This document shows positions 10,926-20,682 of a DNA stretch of 64,000 nucleotides, piece by piece. Source of the DNA: Candidatus Oxydemutatoraceae bacterium (GTDB lineage Bacteria > Pseudomonadota > Gammaproteobacteria > Poriferisulfidales > Oxydemutatoraceae). The notes beneath the pieces are model-generated. The model worked only from the letters and a program-made list of their open reading frames with translations, was not told the DNA's origin and made no database searches. The stretch spans positions 1,664,001 through 1,728,000 of the forward strand of contig OZ244717.1 in the NCBI GenBank assembly GCA_965218975.1, read 5' to 3'. How positions within the stretch are numbered: position 1 is the stretch's first letter; every line of letters begins with the position of its first letter. Both the position numbers and the translations under genes were made by a program.

Positions 10926-11352
10926 CATTATTGTCGCCATTGCTGTCAACCAAATCATCTGCCAAGATAACTGCGAATGCCTCACCGTCAATGACGGGAG
11001 CCGCACATGAAATCGCATGCCCCAAACCTAACGGATCAAATTGTCTGAGATAAACACAAGCGACATTAGACGGAATAATACTATCTAACTGGGTTAATTT
11101 TTCCTGATCACCTTTCCCTTTCAACCGATCTTCAAGTTCAACATCACGATCAAAGTAGTCCTCGATTGCCCGCTTGTTTTTGCCATTGACAAAAATCAAA
11201 GTCTTCATGTTTGCTACCAACGCTTCATTCACCGCGTACTGAATCAAAGGCTTATCAACGATCGGCAGCATTTCCTTAGGAATACTTTTAGTCGCAGGTA
11301 AAAAACGTGTACCTAGTCCCGCAACCGGAAACACAACTTTGGTGATGCACAT
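10483..11352 (-). CDS. galU: UTP-glucose-1-phosphate uridylyltransferase
   Basis: PVAGLGTRFLPATKSIPKEMLPIVDKP, LGLGHA, VEKP, GEVQLTDA. Confidence 0.97.
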   Translation of the reverse strand: MCITKVVFPVAGLGTRFLPATKSIPKEMLPIVDKPLIQYAVNEALVANMKTLIFVNGKNKRAIEDYFDRDVELEDRLKGKGDQEKLTQLDSIIPSNVACVYLRQFDPLGLGHAISCAAPVIDGEAFAVILADDLVDSNGDNNVLQQLIEVYQKHQCSVVAVEEVTPSEVSRYGIVSGDPISDHVLRVSSLVEKPAIGEASGNLAIIGRYILTSDVLEQLSKHLAGVQGEVQLTDALVEVLKTKDIFAYKFSGKRYDCGNKWGYMHANIEMGLRHSEIGSKLKEYLKTII

Positions 11353-11439
11353 AGTAGTTATAATTAAAGTGTAAATGATATTTTTTGACTATAATACTAT
11401 CGTATCAGTCATAATCAAAATTAGTGATCCCCTAACGAT

Positions 11440-12567
11440 ATGATATCCAACAAATTATTGCGTCGGAAGTATGAAGCCTACCTTGCTGCCGCCGATATAA
11501 AGATCAATGGAGACCGCCTGTGGGACATACAAGTCTATGATTCTCGTCTCTATCGACGAGTTTTCCTGTACGGGTCATTAGGTTTCGGTGAAGCGTATAT
11601 GGATAGTTGGTGGGAATGCGATAGCCTTGATCAGATGTTTGCTCGCTTGTTGCGTCATCAAAAACAGACTAGAAAATCCATTATGACGATAGCTGATATC
11701 TTTCATTCTATCCGCTTTTTGTTGTTCAATTTACAAAAAATCACCTCGACTAAAAAAGTCGGAAAAAAACATTATGATATCGGCAATGATCTATTTTCGA
11801 GAATGCTGGACAGCCACATGAACTACAGTTGCGGGTACTGGAAAAATGCCGACTCTCTTGAAACTGCTCAACAGGCAAAAATGGACTTAATCTGCCGAAA
11901 ATTACATTTGAAAAAAGGAATGCGTGTGCTTGATATCGGTTGCGGTTGGGGCGGTATAGCAAAATATATGGCGAACCACTATGATGTCTCGGTTGTCGGA
12001 GTGACAATTTCTAAGCAACAAGCCAATTACGCACAACTGAATTGTAAAGGTCTGCCGGTTAAGATTCTCCTGCAAGACTACCGTTTGGTGAGCGAGCAGT
12101 TTGATCGTATTTATTCAGTGGGTATGTTTGAGCACGTCGGAGTGAAAAATTATGCGACTTATATGGAAAAAACCAAGCAATTGCTTAACGACAGCGGATT
12201 GTTTTTGTTACACACTATTGGGCGCCTATCCTCATCGTTCAAAACGGATCCCTGGATAGAAAAGTACATATTCCCGAATTCAATGCTCCCTTCGTGTAAA
12301 CAAATTAGCAAGTCCATTGAAAATAGATTTGTAATGGAAGACTGGCAAAATTTTGGCAATGATTATGCGCGCACTCTGATGGCTTGGTTAGAAAATTTCA
12401 AGGCAACGTGGAAGGATCTATCTGCCGACTACGACGAACGTTTCTATCGAATGTGGACATATTATTTGACGCTTTGCGCCGGTTCTTTTCAAGCAAGGGA
12501 CAACCAGCTATGGCAAGTCGTACTATCTCCGACAGGTATTGCCGACCGCTACTATGCACCGCGCTAA
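11440..12567 (+). CDS. cfa: Cyclopropane-fatty-acyl-phospholipid synthase
   Basis: HYDIGNDLF, YSCGYW, VLDIGCGWGG, SVGMFEHVG, YIFP. Confidence 0.95.
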   Translation: MISNKLLRRKYEAYLAAADIKINGDRLWDIQVYDSRLYRRVFLYGSLGFGEAYMDSWWECDSLDQMFARLLRHQKQTRKSIMTIADIFHSIRFLLFNLQKITSTKKVGKKHYDIGNDLFSRMLDSHMNYSCGYWKNADSLETAQQAKMDLICRKLHLKKGMRVLDIGCGWGGIAKYMANHYDVSVVGVTISKQQANYAQLNCKGLPVKILLQDYRLVSEQFDRIYSVGMFEHVGVKNYATYMEKTKQLLNDSGLFLLHTIGRLSSSFKTDPWIEKYIFPNSMLPSCKQISKSIENRFVMEDWQNFGNDYARTLMAWLENFKATWKDLSADYDERFYRMWTYYLTLCAGSFQARDNQLWQVVLSPTGIADRYYAPR

Positions 12568-12659
12568 AAAAACGACGGAGTAAATCTGACTTTCATAGGA
12601 GGAATGAAGAATCAAACTCACCCCATCGCAATAAGTGTATGCTTGCGTAAAGCTAAAAT

Positions 12660-12959
12660 TTAATGACTAGATTTTAAATCGGACTTCTCAGGCGAGGCTT
12701 TACCCATCACCGAAAGTACATTACGGTTCATCTCTATGGTTGATCTCCCGATCCCTTTAACCAGCTCAAGATCATCAATCGACTTAAAATCGCCATGCGC
12801 CTCGCGATATTCCACGATTGCATTAGCTTTACTATAGCCTACGTTCTTTAGTTTTTCGCTGAGTTCCTGCACGCTTGCGGTATTAATATTGACTTCCGCA
12901 AACACGGGAATTGCAACAAATGCCGCCAACAAGCAACAAGCAAATATAAATTTATGCAT
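12660..12959 (-). CDS. comEA: ComEA-family helix-hairpin-helix DNA-binding protein
   Basis: Signal peptide, then VNINTASVQEL..VGYSKANAIVEYRE..F.SIDDL..VKGIG. ATG 12959 has an upstream GGAGA RBS. Confidence 0.88.
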   Translation of the reverse strand: MHKFIFACCLLAAFVAIPVFAEVNINTASVQELSEKLKNVGYSKANAIVEYREAHGDFKSIDDLELVKGIGRSTIEMNRNVLSVMGKASPEKSDLKSSH

Positions 12960-13093
12960 ATATGATTTCTCCCATAAAGTTAAGAAGAATGTAAGCATGC
13001 ATGAAAAATCACCGGGAAAAACAACTATCGGACGAATGGAGCGGATTTAAGGTCAAGCGGTTAGAAAACCGCTCAGAGCACGAAATAATCTAT

Positions 13094-14482
13094 TGTACAG
13101 CGCCAGATACATGTGGGATTCACGGCACGACTCAAAAAGGTAACCGATATGCAATATCAGCACATCGGCCACCGCATCAAAGGTTTCTATATGAGCCAAT
13201 TTTGCTTCAAAAATAGAGGCTATAATGAACACAACGGCTCAACAGAAATATGATGCCCTATTATTTTGGGAGGGTTGTAACTCCCGAACGCATTCAAGAT
13301 CGGTCGCAGTACTTTGTACCGCTGCCGTCGGCGTTATCGCCGCACTGGCCTCAGCGCCTTACATGATCGCGGCAAAGCGCCGCGTAAGAGGCGCCAGGGG
13401 ATTGTCAGCAAAGTACTTGTCGTCCATAACGAGACTTGGTTCTGTCAATGAGCGCCAGCCCCGACGTCCTTGTCGAGTCGTTCGCCGCTGAAAACCGATC
13501 GGTTTTCCGGGCGCATCTCACCCTGCGCCAGGCTTATCCGAATCTCGGCAGCAGTAAAATCTTTGAGCTGATGAAATCGTTTTGTGTTTGTTGCCGGATT
13601 GTCGGCAAAGTGCCTGTCGTCCATGACGAGACTTGGTTCTGCGAATGAACGCCAGCCCCGACATCCTTGCCGGGTCGTTCGCCACTGAAAACCGATCGGT
13701 TTTCCGGGCGCGTCTCACCCTGCTCGTCCATGACGAGACTTGGTTCTGCGAATGAACGTCAGCCCCGACGTCCTTGTCGGGTCGTTCGCCACTGAAAACC
13801 GATCGGTTTTCCGGGCGCGTCTCACCTTGACGGACGGCGGTAGTGAGTTTCAAGAACAGTTTGCCCGGCTCATCCGGGAATCACCCGCGATTGAGCAGTG
13901 ACTGACCTATCCCAAGTGTCCGAAAATGAACGCGCACATTGAGCGTTTCAACCGCACCGTCCAGGAGGATTGTATCAATCATGCGGAAAACCTGCTACTT
14001 ACCGATACGGAAGCATTCAATGATCGGTTATGAAACCGTTTTGTATTTGTTGGTGAATGCTCAGCAAAGTGCCTGTCATCCATGACGAGACTTGGTTCTG
14101 CGAATAAACGCCAGCCCCGACGTCCTTGTCGGGTCGTTCGCCGCTGAAAACCGATCGGTTTTCCGGGCGCGTCTCACCCTGCGCCAGGCTTATCCGAATC
14201 TCGGCAGCAGTAAAATCTTTGAGCTGATAAAACCGTTTTGTGTTTGTTGGTGAATGCTCAGCAAAGTGCCTGTCGTCCATGACGAGACTTGGTTCTGTCA
14301 ATGAACGCCAGCCCCGACGTCCTTGTCGGGTCGTTCGCCACTGAAAACCATCGGTTTTCCGAGCGCGTCTCACCCTGCACCGCCCTCATGCCGACAACGG
14401 ACAGAAAGCACCGATCCGAATGTTACTGCCGAACGCTTCCCCCGAAGCCCTTCAAGAATCCCATTTAGGGTGGCATCGTACA
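13094..14482 (+). mobile_element. Degenerate IS481-family element containing five copies of a 102-bp module
   Basis: TGT...ACA termini with 5-bp TSD TCTAT (13089-13093/14483-14487). Frameshifted transposase fragments MQYQHIGHRIKGFY, FKIGRSTLYR, LRQAYPNLG, PKMNAHIERFNRTVQE, HRPH...HLGWHRT. Confidence 0.8.
13422..14375 (+). repeat. Five copies of a 102-bp module (13422-13523, 13619-13720, 13726-13827, 14078-14179, 14275-14375)
   Basis: Consensus GTCCATGACGAGACTTGGTTCTG...CCCGACGTCCTTGTCGGG...GAAAACCGATCGGTTTTC...GCGTCTCACCC, containing a hairpin and an 18-bp perfect palindrome. Confidence 0.9.
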
Positions 14483-14489
14483 TCTATTT

Positions 14490-15671
14490 CTAATATACGA
14501 GCCGAGTTGATATAATATCGCAAGGCATAATCATATCCCAACGGGCGCAACTCGGGCACAGCCAGTGATTTTCGCTACTTTGGAAACCACAGTTTGAGCA
14601 TTGATACTTATAACCTGCACTATCGCTGCCTTCTAGACTGGTGATAATTTCCTTAATCAAGTGCTTGTCGTTTACTTCGTTTAGCTTAAGTTTGTGCTGC
14701 AAAATAATTTTTAAGATTGGAATCGGCACATTACCCCCTTGATTTAAGTGTTCAAAAAACTTTCCGACTTCCTGTTTTAGACCGGCATGCAAAAGCGACA
14801 AAATACATGCCTTAAGATACGAAACACTCACGATCGAGGGCCTCAGGTTTCGCATATAATCCGAAATTTCTGTCGGTGAAAAATTCTCCAAAGTTTTTTG
14901 TATTCTGGGCAACAATAAAATTGCAAAATCCGGATGCTTGCCAAAAGCGCGCTTATAATGGCGTAAAGCTTTATCAAAATCATCTTTCTGCACATAAATA
15001 TCACCGCGTAAAATGTCAAGACGCAACAGCGCTTCATCCAACGCTTCTGCTTTAGTCAAATACTTTAAAGCCGTGCGGTGATTTTTATTCCCTAAAGCCA
15101 TCTCGGCAAGCTCGCAATAATAATGCGCAGTACTGGTACTGTAATTATTGTTAGGATTTAATTTTTGCAGCTTTTGAGCAACTAGAATTGCTTCATCCCA
15201 GTTTTTTTCAACTTCGTATAAAGTCTTCAGGCGTTGATATGCTTCAACCTCCGTAGCACTGATCCCAAAGGAAAGAACTTCTTTGAAGAATTTTTCGGAA
15301 CGATCAAGCAAACCGGCATCAAAATAATCCCGCCCCAATTCCAGCAAAGCACCTGCACGATGAGCGCTAGTCAAATTTTGTTTTGCGATTAAATTCTGAT
15401 GAATACTAATCGCTTTTTCAATCTCACCTCGTTGACGATATAGATTGCCTAAAATAATATGTGCTTCAACCGTATCCGGATTGACTTGAAATATCTCAAC
15501 AAATGTGTCAACTGCCTTTCCATGTTGTTGATCAAGCAACAAATTTAACCCTTTGACATAAGCGAGCGGTAACCTAGATTCGGTTTTCTTTTGAACTCTG
15601 CCACGTATTGCAGTCAACCATCCGCTAGCAGCCGCAACCGGAAGCAATAGCCAAAACCATTCAAATATCAT
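14490..15671 (-). CDS. lapB: Lipopolysaccharide assembly protein B
   Basis: LLLPVAAASGW TM anchor, TPRs (LGNLYRQRGE, ELGRDYFDAGLLDR), C-terminal CxxC...CPSC rubredoxin motif. Confidence 0.92.
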   Translation of the reverse strand: MIFEWFWLLLPVAAASGWLTAIRGRVQKKTESRLPLAYVKGLNLLLDQQHGKAVDTFVEIFQVNPDTVEAHIILGNLYRQRGEIEKAISIHQNLIAKQNLTSAHRAGALLELGRDYFDAGLLDRSEKFFKEVLSFGISATEVEAYQRLKTLYEVEKNWDEAILVAQKLQKLNPNNNYSTSTAHYYCELAEMALGNKNHRTALKYLTKAEALDEALLRLDILRGDIYVQKDDFDKALRHYKRAFGKHPDFAILLLPRIQKTLENFSPTEISDYMRNLRPSIVSVSYLKACILSLLHAGLKQEVGKFFEHLNQGGNVPIPILKIILQHKLKLNEVNDKHLIKEIITSLEGSDSAGYKYQCSNCGFQSSENHWLCPSCARWDMIMPCDIISTRLVY

Positions 15672-15741
15672 AAAACCTTCCGCCTAAATTAGAGTGCCGG
15701 ATAATCGTAACTCATCTGCAAACGAGTCGGTAATTTATAAT

Positions 15742-16155
15742 TCAAGCCTCGTTGTCACCTCCTTCCGAACTGCCCTTGGCAAAAGAACCTTGAAGGGACT
15801 GCTGCGAAGAAGAAGAAAGGGGGTACAAAGGCATTATAGAAGAAGAAACGGTAGAGTTGGCATGATTACTTACGGAATTTCCATTCACTCTATTGCGCAG
15901 TTTTTTCCCTGGTCTGAAATATGGCACACTGCGACTTGGAAGTTGAAACTGTTCACCGGTTTTAGGATTTCTTGCAATTCGAGGGGTACGATGCCGTAGG
16001 CAAAAACTGCCAAATCCCCTAATCTCGATTCTTCCGCCGTGACTCAAAGTATCGCACATATAATCAAAGATTTTCTGTGCCGTTTCCTGTACATCGTTCG
16101 GTAACAGATTCGGACGTAAAACAATTAACCGCGAGATAAACTCGGATTTAGTCAT
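15742..16155 (-). CDS. ihfB: Integration host factor beta subunit with Ser-rich C-terminal extension
   Basis: MTKSEF..., RIEIRGFGSF, ARNPKTGE, PYFRPGKKLR; lies directly after rpsA. Confidence 0.9.
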   Translation of the reverse strand: MTKSEFISRLIVLRPNLLPNDVQETAQKIFDYMCDTLSHGGRIEIRGFGSFCLRHRTPRIARNPKTGEQFQLPSRSVPYFRPGKKLRNRVNGNSVSNHANSTVSSSIMPLYPLSSSSQQSLQGSFAKGSSEGGDNEA

Positions 16156-16177
16156 GGTCGGATATTTTCTCTTACCG

Positions 16178-17848
16178 TTATGATTCATGATCCTGGTTGA
16201 TTTTATCTTGCATAAAATCACCGATTGCCGCAGAAGCAAAACCGTCGCCCGCAGAATATTCTTCAATTATTTTGCTTTCTTCCTCATGGAGTATCTCTTT
16301 CACTGACAGATTTAAAGTATTAGTCTTTTTATTATAAGAAATTAGCTTAGCGGTTATTTCGTCATTAATTTTATACGCGCTAATATCTTCATTTTTACCA
16401 CATTCCGCAAATGATAGGCTGCCGGTCACGGACTCGGCAAGTCTGATAATAAAATGATTCTCCCGAACTTCTTCAATATGTCCGGTAACAACGGTACCTT
16501 TATAGTGCTTATCCAAATATTCGCAAATTGGTTTGCTTTCAAGTTGTTTGATACCTAATGCTATCCGCCCGCGTTCAATGTCTATCGCCAATATAACCGC
16601 CGTAATCTCAACTCCTTTTTTATAACTCTGCAACTTTTCAGCATTGGATTCTTCCCAAGAAAGATCACTGACATGCACCAACCCGTCTATACCATATTCT
16701 TCAATACCGACAAAAATACCAAAATCGGTGACGGATTTAACTTTACCGGTAATCTTATCGCCTTTTTTATGACGACCGGAAAATTCCTCCCAGGGATTGG
16801 GCCGGCATTGTTTAATACCCAAAGACATTCGGCGCCGCTCGTTATCAATCCCCAATACCATTACTTCAAGCTCATCTCCCATTGAAGTTATCTTTTCCGG
16901 ATGCACGTTCTTATTTCTCCAATCCATTTCAGAAACATGCACCAAACCCTCAATCCCATCTTCAATCTCAACAAAGCAACCGTAATCCGTAATATTCGTC
17001 ACTCTCCCACGTACTCGGACACCTATCGGATAACGTTTTTCAACGTCTAGCCACGGGTCGCTGTCCAATTGTTTCAACCCCAGTGAAACCCGCGTCTTTT
17101 CCTCATCATACTCAAGCACCATAACGTCAATCTTATCCCCAACAGAAACGACTTCCGACGGATGTTGCACCCGACGCCACGACATATCAGTAATGTGTAA
17201 CAGCCCATCCACTCCGCCCAAGTCAAGGAAAGCCCCATAATCGGTTAAATTCTTCACTATTCCACTAACAACAACACCTTTCTTTAATCGTTTTATTAAC
17301 TCTTGCCGCTCGGCGGTATATTCCAATTCCATCACCGAGCGCCGAGATACGACTACATTGCTTCGCCGCTGATCAAGTTTGATGACTTTAAACTCAAGTT
17401 CTTTGCCTTCAAGATAAGCGATATCATGGATTGGACGCATATCCACCAAAGAACCGGGAAGAAAAGCCGAAAGACCTTCAAGATCAACAATAAATCCGCC
17501 TTTGACTTTGCCGGTAATCACACCTTTGACAATAGAAGATTCCGCATGTGCCTTCTCCAACTCTTTCCAAACGCGTATGCGCTTCGCTTTCTCACGGGAA
17601 AGATGTGTTTCTCCATGACCATTTTCTATCGCGTCAAGAAACACCTCGACCATATCACCTTCGGCAACTTCAAGCTTACCTTCGCTATTATAGAATTGTT
17701 CGATTGGGATAATGCCTTCAGACTTTAAACCGACGTTAACAATGACAGCATTATTTCTAATCCGGACAATCTGTCCTTCCAAAATACTGTTTGATCTTAT
17801 TTGAGAATGCTGTTCTTTTTCAAATATTTCTGCAAAGCTTTCAGACAT
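16178..17848 (-). CDS. rpsA: 30S ribosomal protein S1
   Basis: MSESFAEIF, multiple S1 repeats (DYGAFLDLGGVDGLLHITDMSW). Confidence 0.97.
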   Translation of the reverse strand: MSESFAEIFEKEQHSQIRSNSILEGQIVRIRNNAVIVNVGLKSEGIIPIEQFYNSEGKLEVAEGDMVEVFLDAIENGHGETHLSREKAKRIRVWKELEKAHAESSIVKGVITGKVKGGFIVDLEGLSAFLPGSLVDMRPIHDIAYLEGKELEFKVIKLDQRRSNVVVSRRSVMELEYTAERQELIKRLKKGVVVSGIVKNLTDYGAFLDLGGVDGLLHITDMSWRRVQHPSEVVSVGDKIDVMVLEYDEEKTRVSLGLKQLDSDPWLDVEKRYPIGVRVRGRVTNITDYGCFVEIEDGIEGLVHVSEMDWRNKNVHPEKITSMGDELEVMVLGIDNERRRMSLGIKQCRPNPWEEFSGRHKKGDKITGKVKSVTDFGIFVGIEEYGIDGLVHVSDLSWEESNAEKLQSYKKGVEITAVILAIDIERGRIALGIKQLESKPICEYLDKHYKGTVVTGHIEEVRENHFIIRLAESVTGSLSFAECGKNEDISAYKINDEITAKLISYNKKTNTLNLSVKEILHEEESKIIEEYSAGDGFASAAIGDFMQDKINQDHES

Positions 17849-17866
17849 AATTAAGTTAAATTCAAG

Positions 17867-18532
17867 TTAATTAAATAGCAATGCGATAATTTCTTCAACG
17901 ACTGTATCCACCGAACTGTTAGTCGTATCAATCACCACTGCGTCTTGTGCAACAACTAATGGAGCGACCTGACGTTCGGCGTCACGCTTATCGCGCACTC
18001 TCAGCTGCTGTTTTACTTCTCTAAGGCTACCACCAAAATCATTATAATTCAACTGCCTGCATCTGCGCAGCGCACGTTCTTCCGGTGCGGCAGTTAGAAA
18101 AATTTTCAAATCCGCATCGGGAAAAACAACTGTCGACATATCACGACCATCAGCAACCAACCCCGGGAATTGTCTGAAATTACGCTGATAATCCAGCAAG
18201 GATTGGCGCACCTCATGAATTTCAGCTAATTGCGAAGCCCGATTCCCGCATGATTCTTCAATCAAAAATCGATTAATATTCCGATTTCCGAAATAGACTT
18301 CAACTGTCTCGTTATTCACTCGAAAATCAACTTGGCATTGCATCGTCAATTGCACTAACCCATTGATGTTGTTCGCGCTAATTCCCTTGATCAATGAGAG
18401 CCACGCAATTACCCTATATAGGGAACCACTTACTAGAATATGATAATTCAGCCGTTTAGATAGCAAACAACTCACCGTGCTTTTACCGACGCCGGCAGGG
18501 CCATCAATGGTAATCACCGGCACACTCGTCAT
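17867..18532 (-). CDS. cmk: Cytidylate kinase
   Basis: ITIDGPAGVGKST, VADGRDM, LKIFLTA, RDKRD. ATG overlaps the aroA stop. Confidence 0.95.
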   Translation of the reverse strand: MTSVPVITIDGPAGVGKSTVSCLLSKRLNYHILVSGSLYRVIAWLSLIKGISANNINGLVQLTMQCQVDFRVNNETVEVYFGNRNINRFLIEESCGNRASQLAEIHEVRQSLLDYQRNFRQFPGLVADGRDMSTVVFPDADLKIFLTAAPEERALRRCRQLNYNDFGGSLREVKQQLRVRDKRDAERQVAPLVVAQDAVVIDTTNSSVDTVVEEIIALLFN

Positions 18533-19827
18533 ATTCGTTCCAAACAAAAACCGACATGCATTGCGGTTGATATAAAATCGGGAAATGAGGTGTCAATGTT
18601 GGCACAGTCTCGAATGGTAATCTCCTGTTGCGCCACTAAACCCGCGACTGCGAATGCCATTGCGATGCGATGATCACCATGACTGTCTACTCGCCCTCCG
18701 GATAGTTCACTCGCGCCTCGAATCACCATACCATCCGGCTTTGTTTGCACATCAACTCCGCAGGTATGTAACCCTCGCGCCATTGCTTCAATTCTATCGC
18801 TTTCTTTGTAACGCAATTCTTGTGCGTCAAAAAACTCAGTTTCACCCTGTGCACAAGCTGCCGCGACGGATAAAACGGGGAATTCATCAATCGCGTTTGA
18901 TACCAATGAAGAGGGGATTCGGATTCCCTTTAAACGGGATGCTCGAACGCGAATATCCGCGATACATTCTCGCCCCAGGAACTTTTCCCGGCTTATTTCA
19001 ATATTGGCGCCCATTCGCCGCAAAATTTGTAACACGCCATCTCGAGTCGAGTTAATCCCAACTTGTTTAATTAAAACATCCGAATTTTTGACGATGCACG
19101 CAGCAACGATCACAAAAGCTGCCGATGATAAATCGCCCGGAATACTTAATTCGGTCGCACATAACGACATCCCTCCGCTTAGTTCGATTTTTTCGCGGGT
19201 AATCTTCGGTGGACAAGCAAAAGCTGTCAGCATACGCTCAGTATGATCGCGCGTGTGTATGGCGCCCGTTAAGACGGTGTTCCCTTGCGCATAGAGCCCG
19301 GCTAATAATAAACAAGATTTTAGTTGAGCGCTGGCAATCGGCAGATGGTATTTAATAGCATGTAAAGCGCCCGCCGGATGCAGCTGTATCGGCGGGGTTC
19401 CATTGGCAGAAAGATCAATTCTAACGCCCATTCGTCTCAGTGGTTCGGCTATACGCATCATTGGCCGGCGGCATAAAGAGTTATCGCCAGTCAAAATGCT
19501 GCCGAATATTTGCCCGCATAGCAGACCGGTTAATAAACGTATTGCGGTTCCGGAATTTCCGCAATCTAATGGTTTCCGGGACGGATTTAGCCCGTGCAGC
19601 CCCATTCCGACCACTGTCAACTGTCGATCATCATGTTGAACTGCTACACCGAGTTCCGTTAGTGCGTGCAGCGTTGCAAGACAATCCGCGCTCGGTAAAA
19701 ATCCCGAAACTCTAGTGGTGCCTTCCGCAATCGAACCGAGCATCAAGGCGCGATGTGAAATTGATTTGTCCCCGGGAACTTGACAGGTTCCTGTCAAACT
19801 CTGTACACGTTGTGATATCAGGTCCAC
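18529..19827 (-). CDS. aroA: 3-phosphoshikimate 1-carboxyvinyltransferase
   Basis: PGDKSISHR, GNSGTAIR, SAQLKS, KESDRI, DHRIAM. Confidence 0.96.
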   Translation of the reverse strand: MDLISQRVQSLTGTCQVPGDKSISHRALMLGSIAEGTTRVSGFLPSADCLATLHALTELGVAVQHDDRQLTVVGMGLHGLNPSRKPLDCGNSGTAIRLLTGLLCGQIFGSILTGDNSLCRRPMMRIAEPLRRMGVRIDLSANGTPPIQLHPAGALHAIKYHLPIASAQLKSCLLLAGLYAQGNTVLTGAIHTRDHTERMLTAFACPPKITREKIELSGGMSLCATELSIPGDLSSAAFVIVAACIVKNSDVLIKQVGINSTRDGVLQILRRMGANIEISREKFLGRECIADIRVRASRLKGIRIPSSLVSNAIDEFPVLSVAAACAQGETEFFDAQELRYKESDRIEAMARGLHTCGVDVQTKPDGMVIRGASELSGGRVDSHGDHRIAMAFAVAGLVAQQEITIRDCANIDTSFPDFISTAMHVGFCLERI

Positions 19828-19836
19828 ACCGCATCT

Positions 19837-20682
19837 CTACCGGCCAAATTGTTTTTTATATTGACAAGCATGTTTGAAAAATTGCCGCATTTGCTCATCA
19901 TCACCATCTTTCAATTGCTTATACAAATCTTGTAGACTTGCCTGAAATCCTTCAATTGACGTTAAAATATACTCACGATTACCGACACAAATATCACGCC
20001 ACATATTCGGACTGCTTGCGGCAACTCGCGTGAAGTCCTGAAACCCGCCGGCCGAATAGCGCAATAAATCATCGCGGCGCTCGGTGTTACATAAATAGTG
20101 CATCAAAGAATAAACTAACGCATGAGGCAAATGACTGGTTAATGCAAGCACTTGATCGTGCGTGACGCAATCCATCACTGTAACCTCAGCGTTTGCCTCC
20201 TGCCAAAGCGATTGAATTTTCGCGACCGCTTTTGAGTCAGTGACAGGCAGGGGACTTAAAATAACTTTCTGATTGACAAATAAGTCCGCTTTAGCAAACT
20301 CCGCACCGCTATTCTCACTTCCAGCAATCGGATGACCCGGAACGAAGCATGGCAGCATATCGCCAAACACTGTACGTACAATTTCGACCACCGTTTGCTT
20401 TACGCTACTCACATCAGTGATAATTTTATTTGACAAACCAACAGCCTTCAGCTGAATAAATACATCGTTCAAGCTACTAATCGGTGTGGCAATGATAATA
20501 ATTTCAGACTCGGCAACAAGCTGTGCAATCGAATCGGTCAAACGTATCCCGCGAATTAATTTATCGAATTGTAAACACTGGTCGGAATCGTAGCCGATCA
20601 CTGTGTTACCATTACGAATCAGAGCTGCCCCTATTGAACCGCCGATCATGCCGACACCGATAATTCCGATCGTTTGCTCCAT
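19837..20682 (-). CDS. tyrA: Prephenate/arogenate dehydrogenase
   Basis: GVGMIGGS Rossmann motif, HPIAGSE, HDQVLALTSHLPH, DFTRVA. Confidence 0.9.
   Translation of the reverse strand: MEQTIGIIGVGMIGGSIGAALIRNGNTVIGYDSDQCLQFDKLIRGIRLTDSIAQLVAESEIIIIATPISSLNDVFIQLKAVGLSNKIITDVSSVKQTVVEIVRTVFGDMLPCFVPGHPIAGSENSGAEFAKADLFVNQKVILSPLPVTDSKAVAKIQSLWQEANAEVTVMDCVTHDQVLALTSHLPHALVYSLMHYLCNTERRDDLLRYSAGGFQDFTRVAASSPNMWRDICVGNREYILTSIEGFQASLQDLYKQLKDGDDEQMRQFFKHACQYKKQFGR

Noticed and set aside
13615-13648. VVHDETWF frame in the 102-bp module as an IS1595/IS6/IS630 catalytic motif
   Set aside because: Too short and followed by a stop; cannot be supported without a search.
13422-14375. CRISPR-like array
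   Set aside because: Repeats are 102 bp, spacers are irregular (5-250 bp) and are themselves repeated transposase fragments, and no cas genes are present.
12960-14489. IS-mediated deletion of pyrF between lapB and comEA
   Set aside because: The element keeps a matching 5-bp TSD (TCTAT) on both sides, so this insertion removed no flanking DNA.
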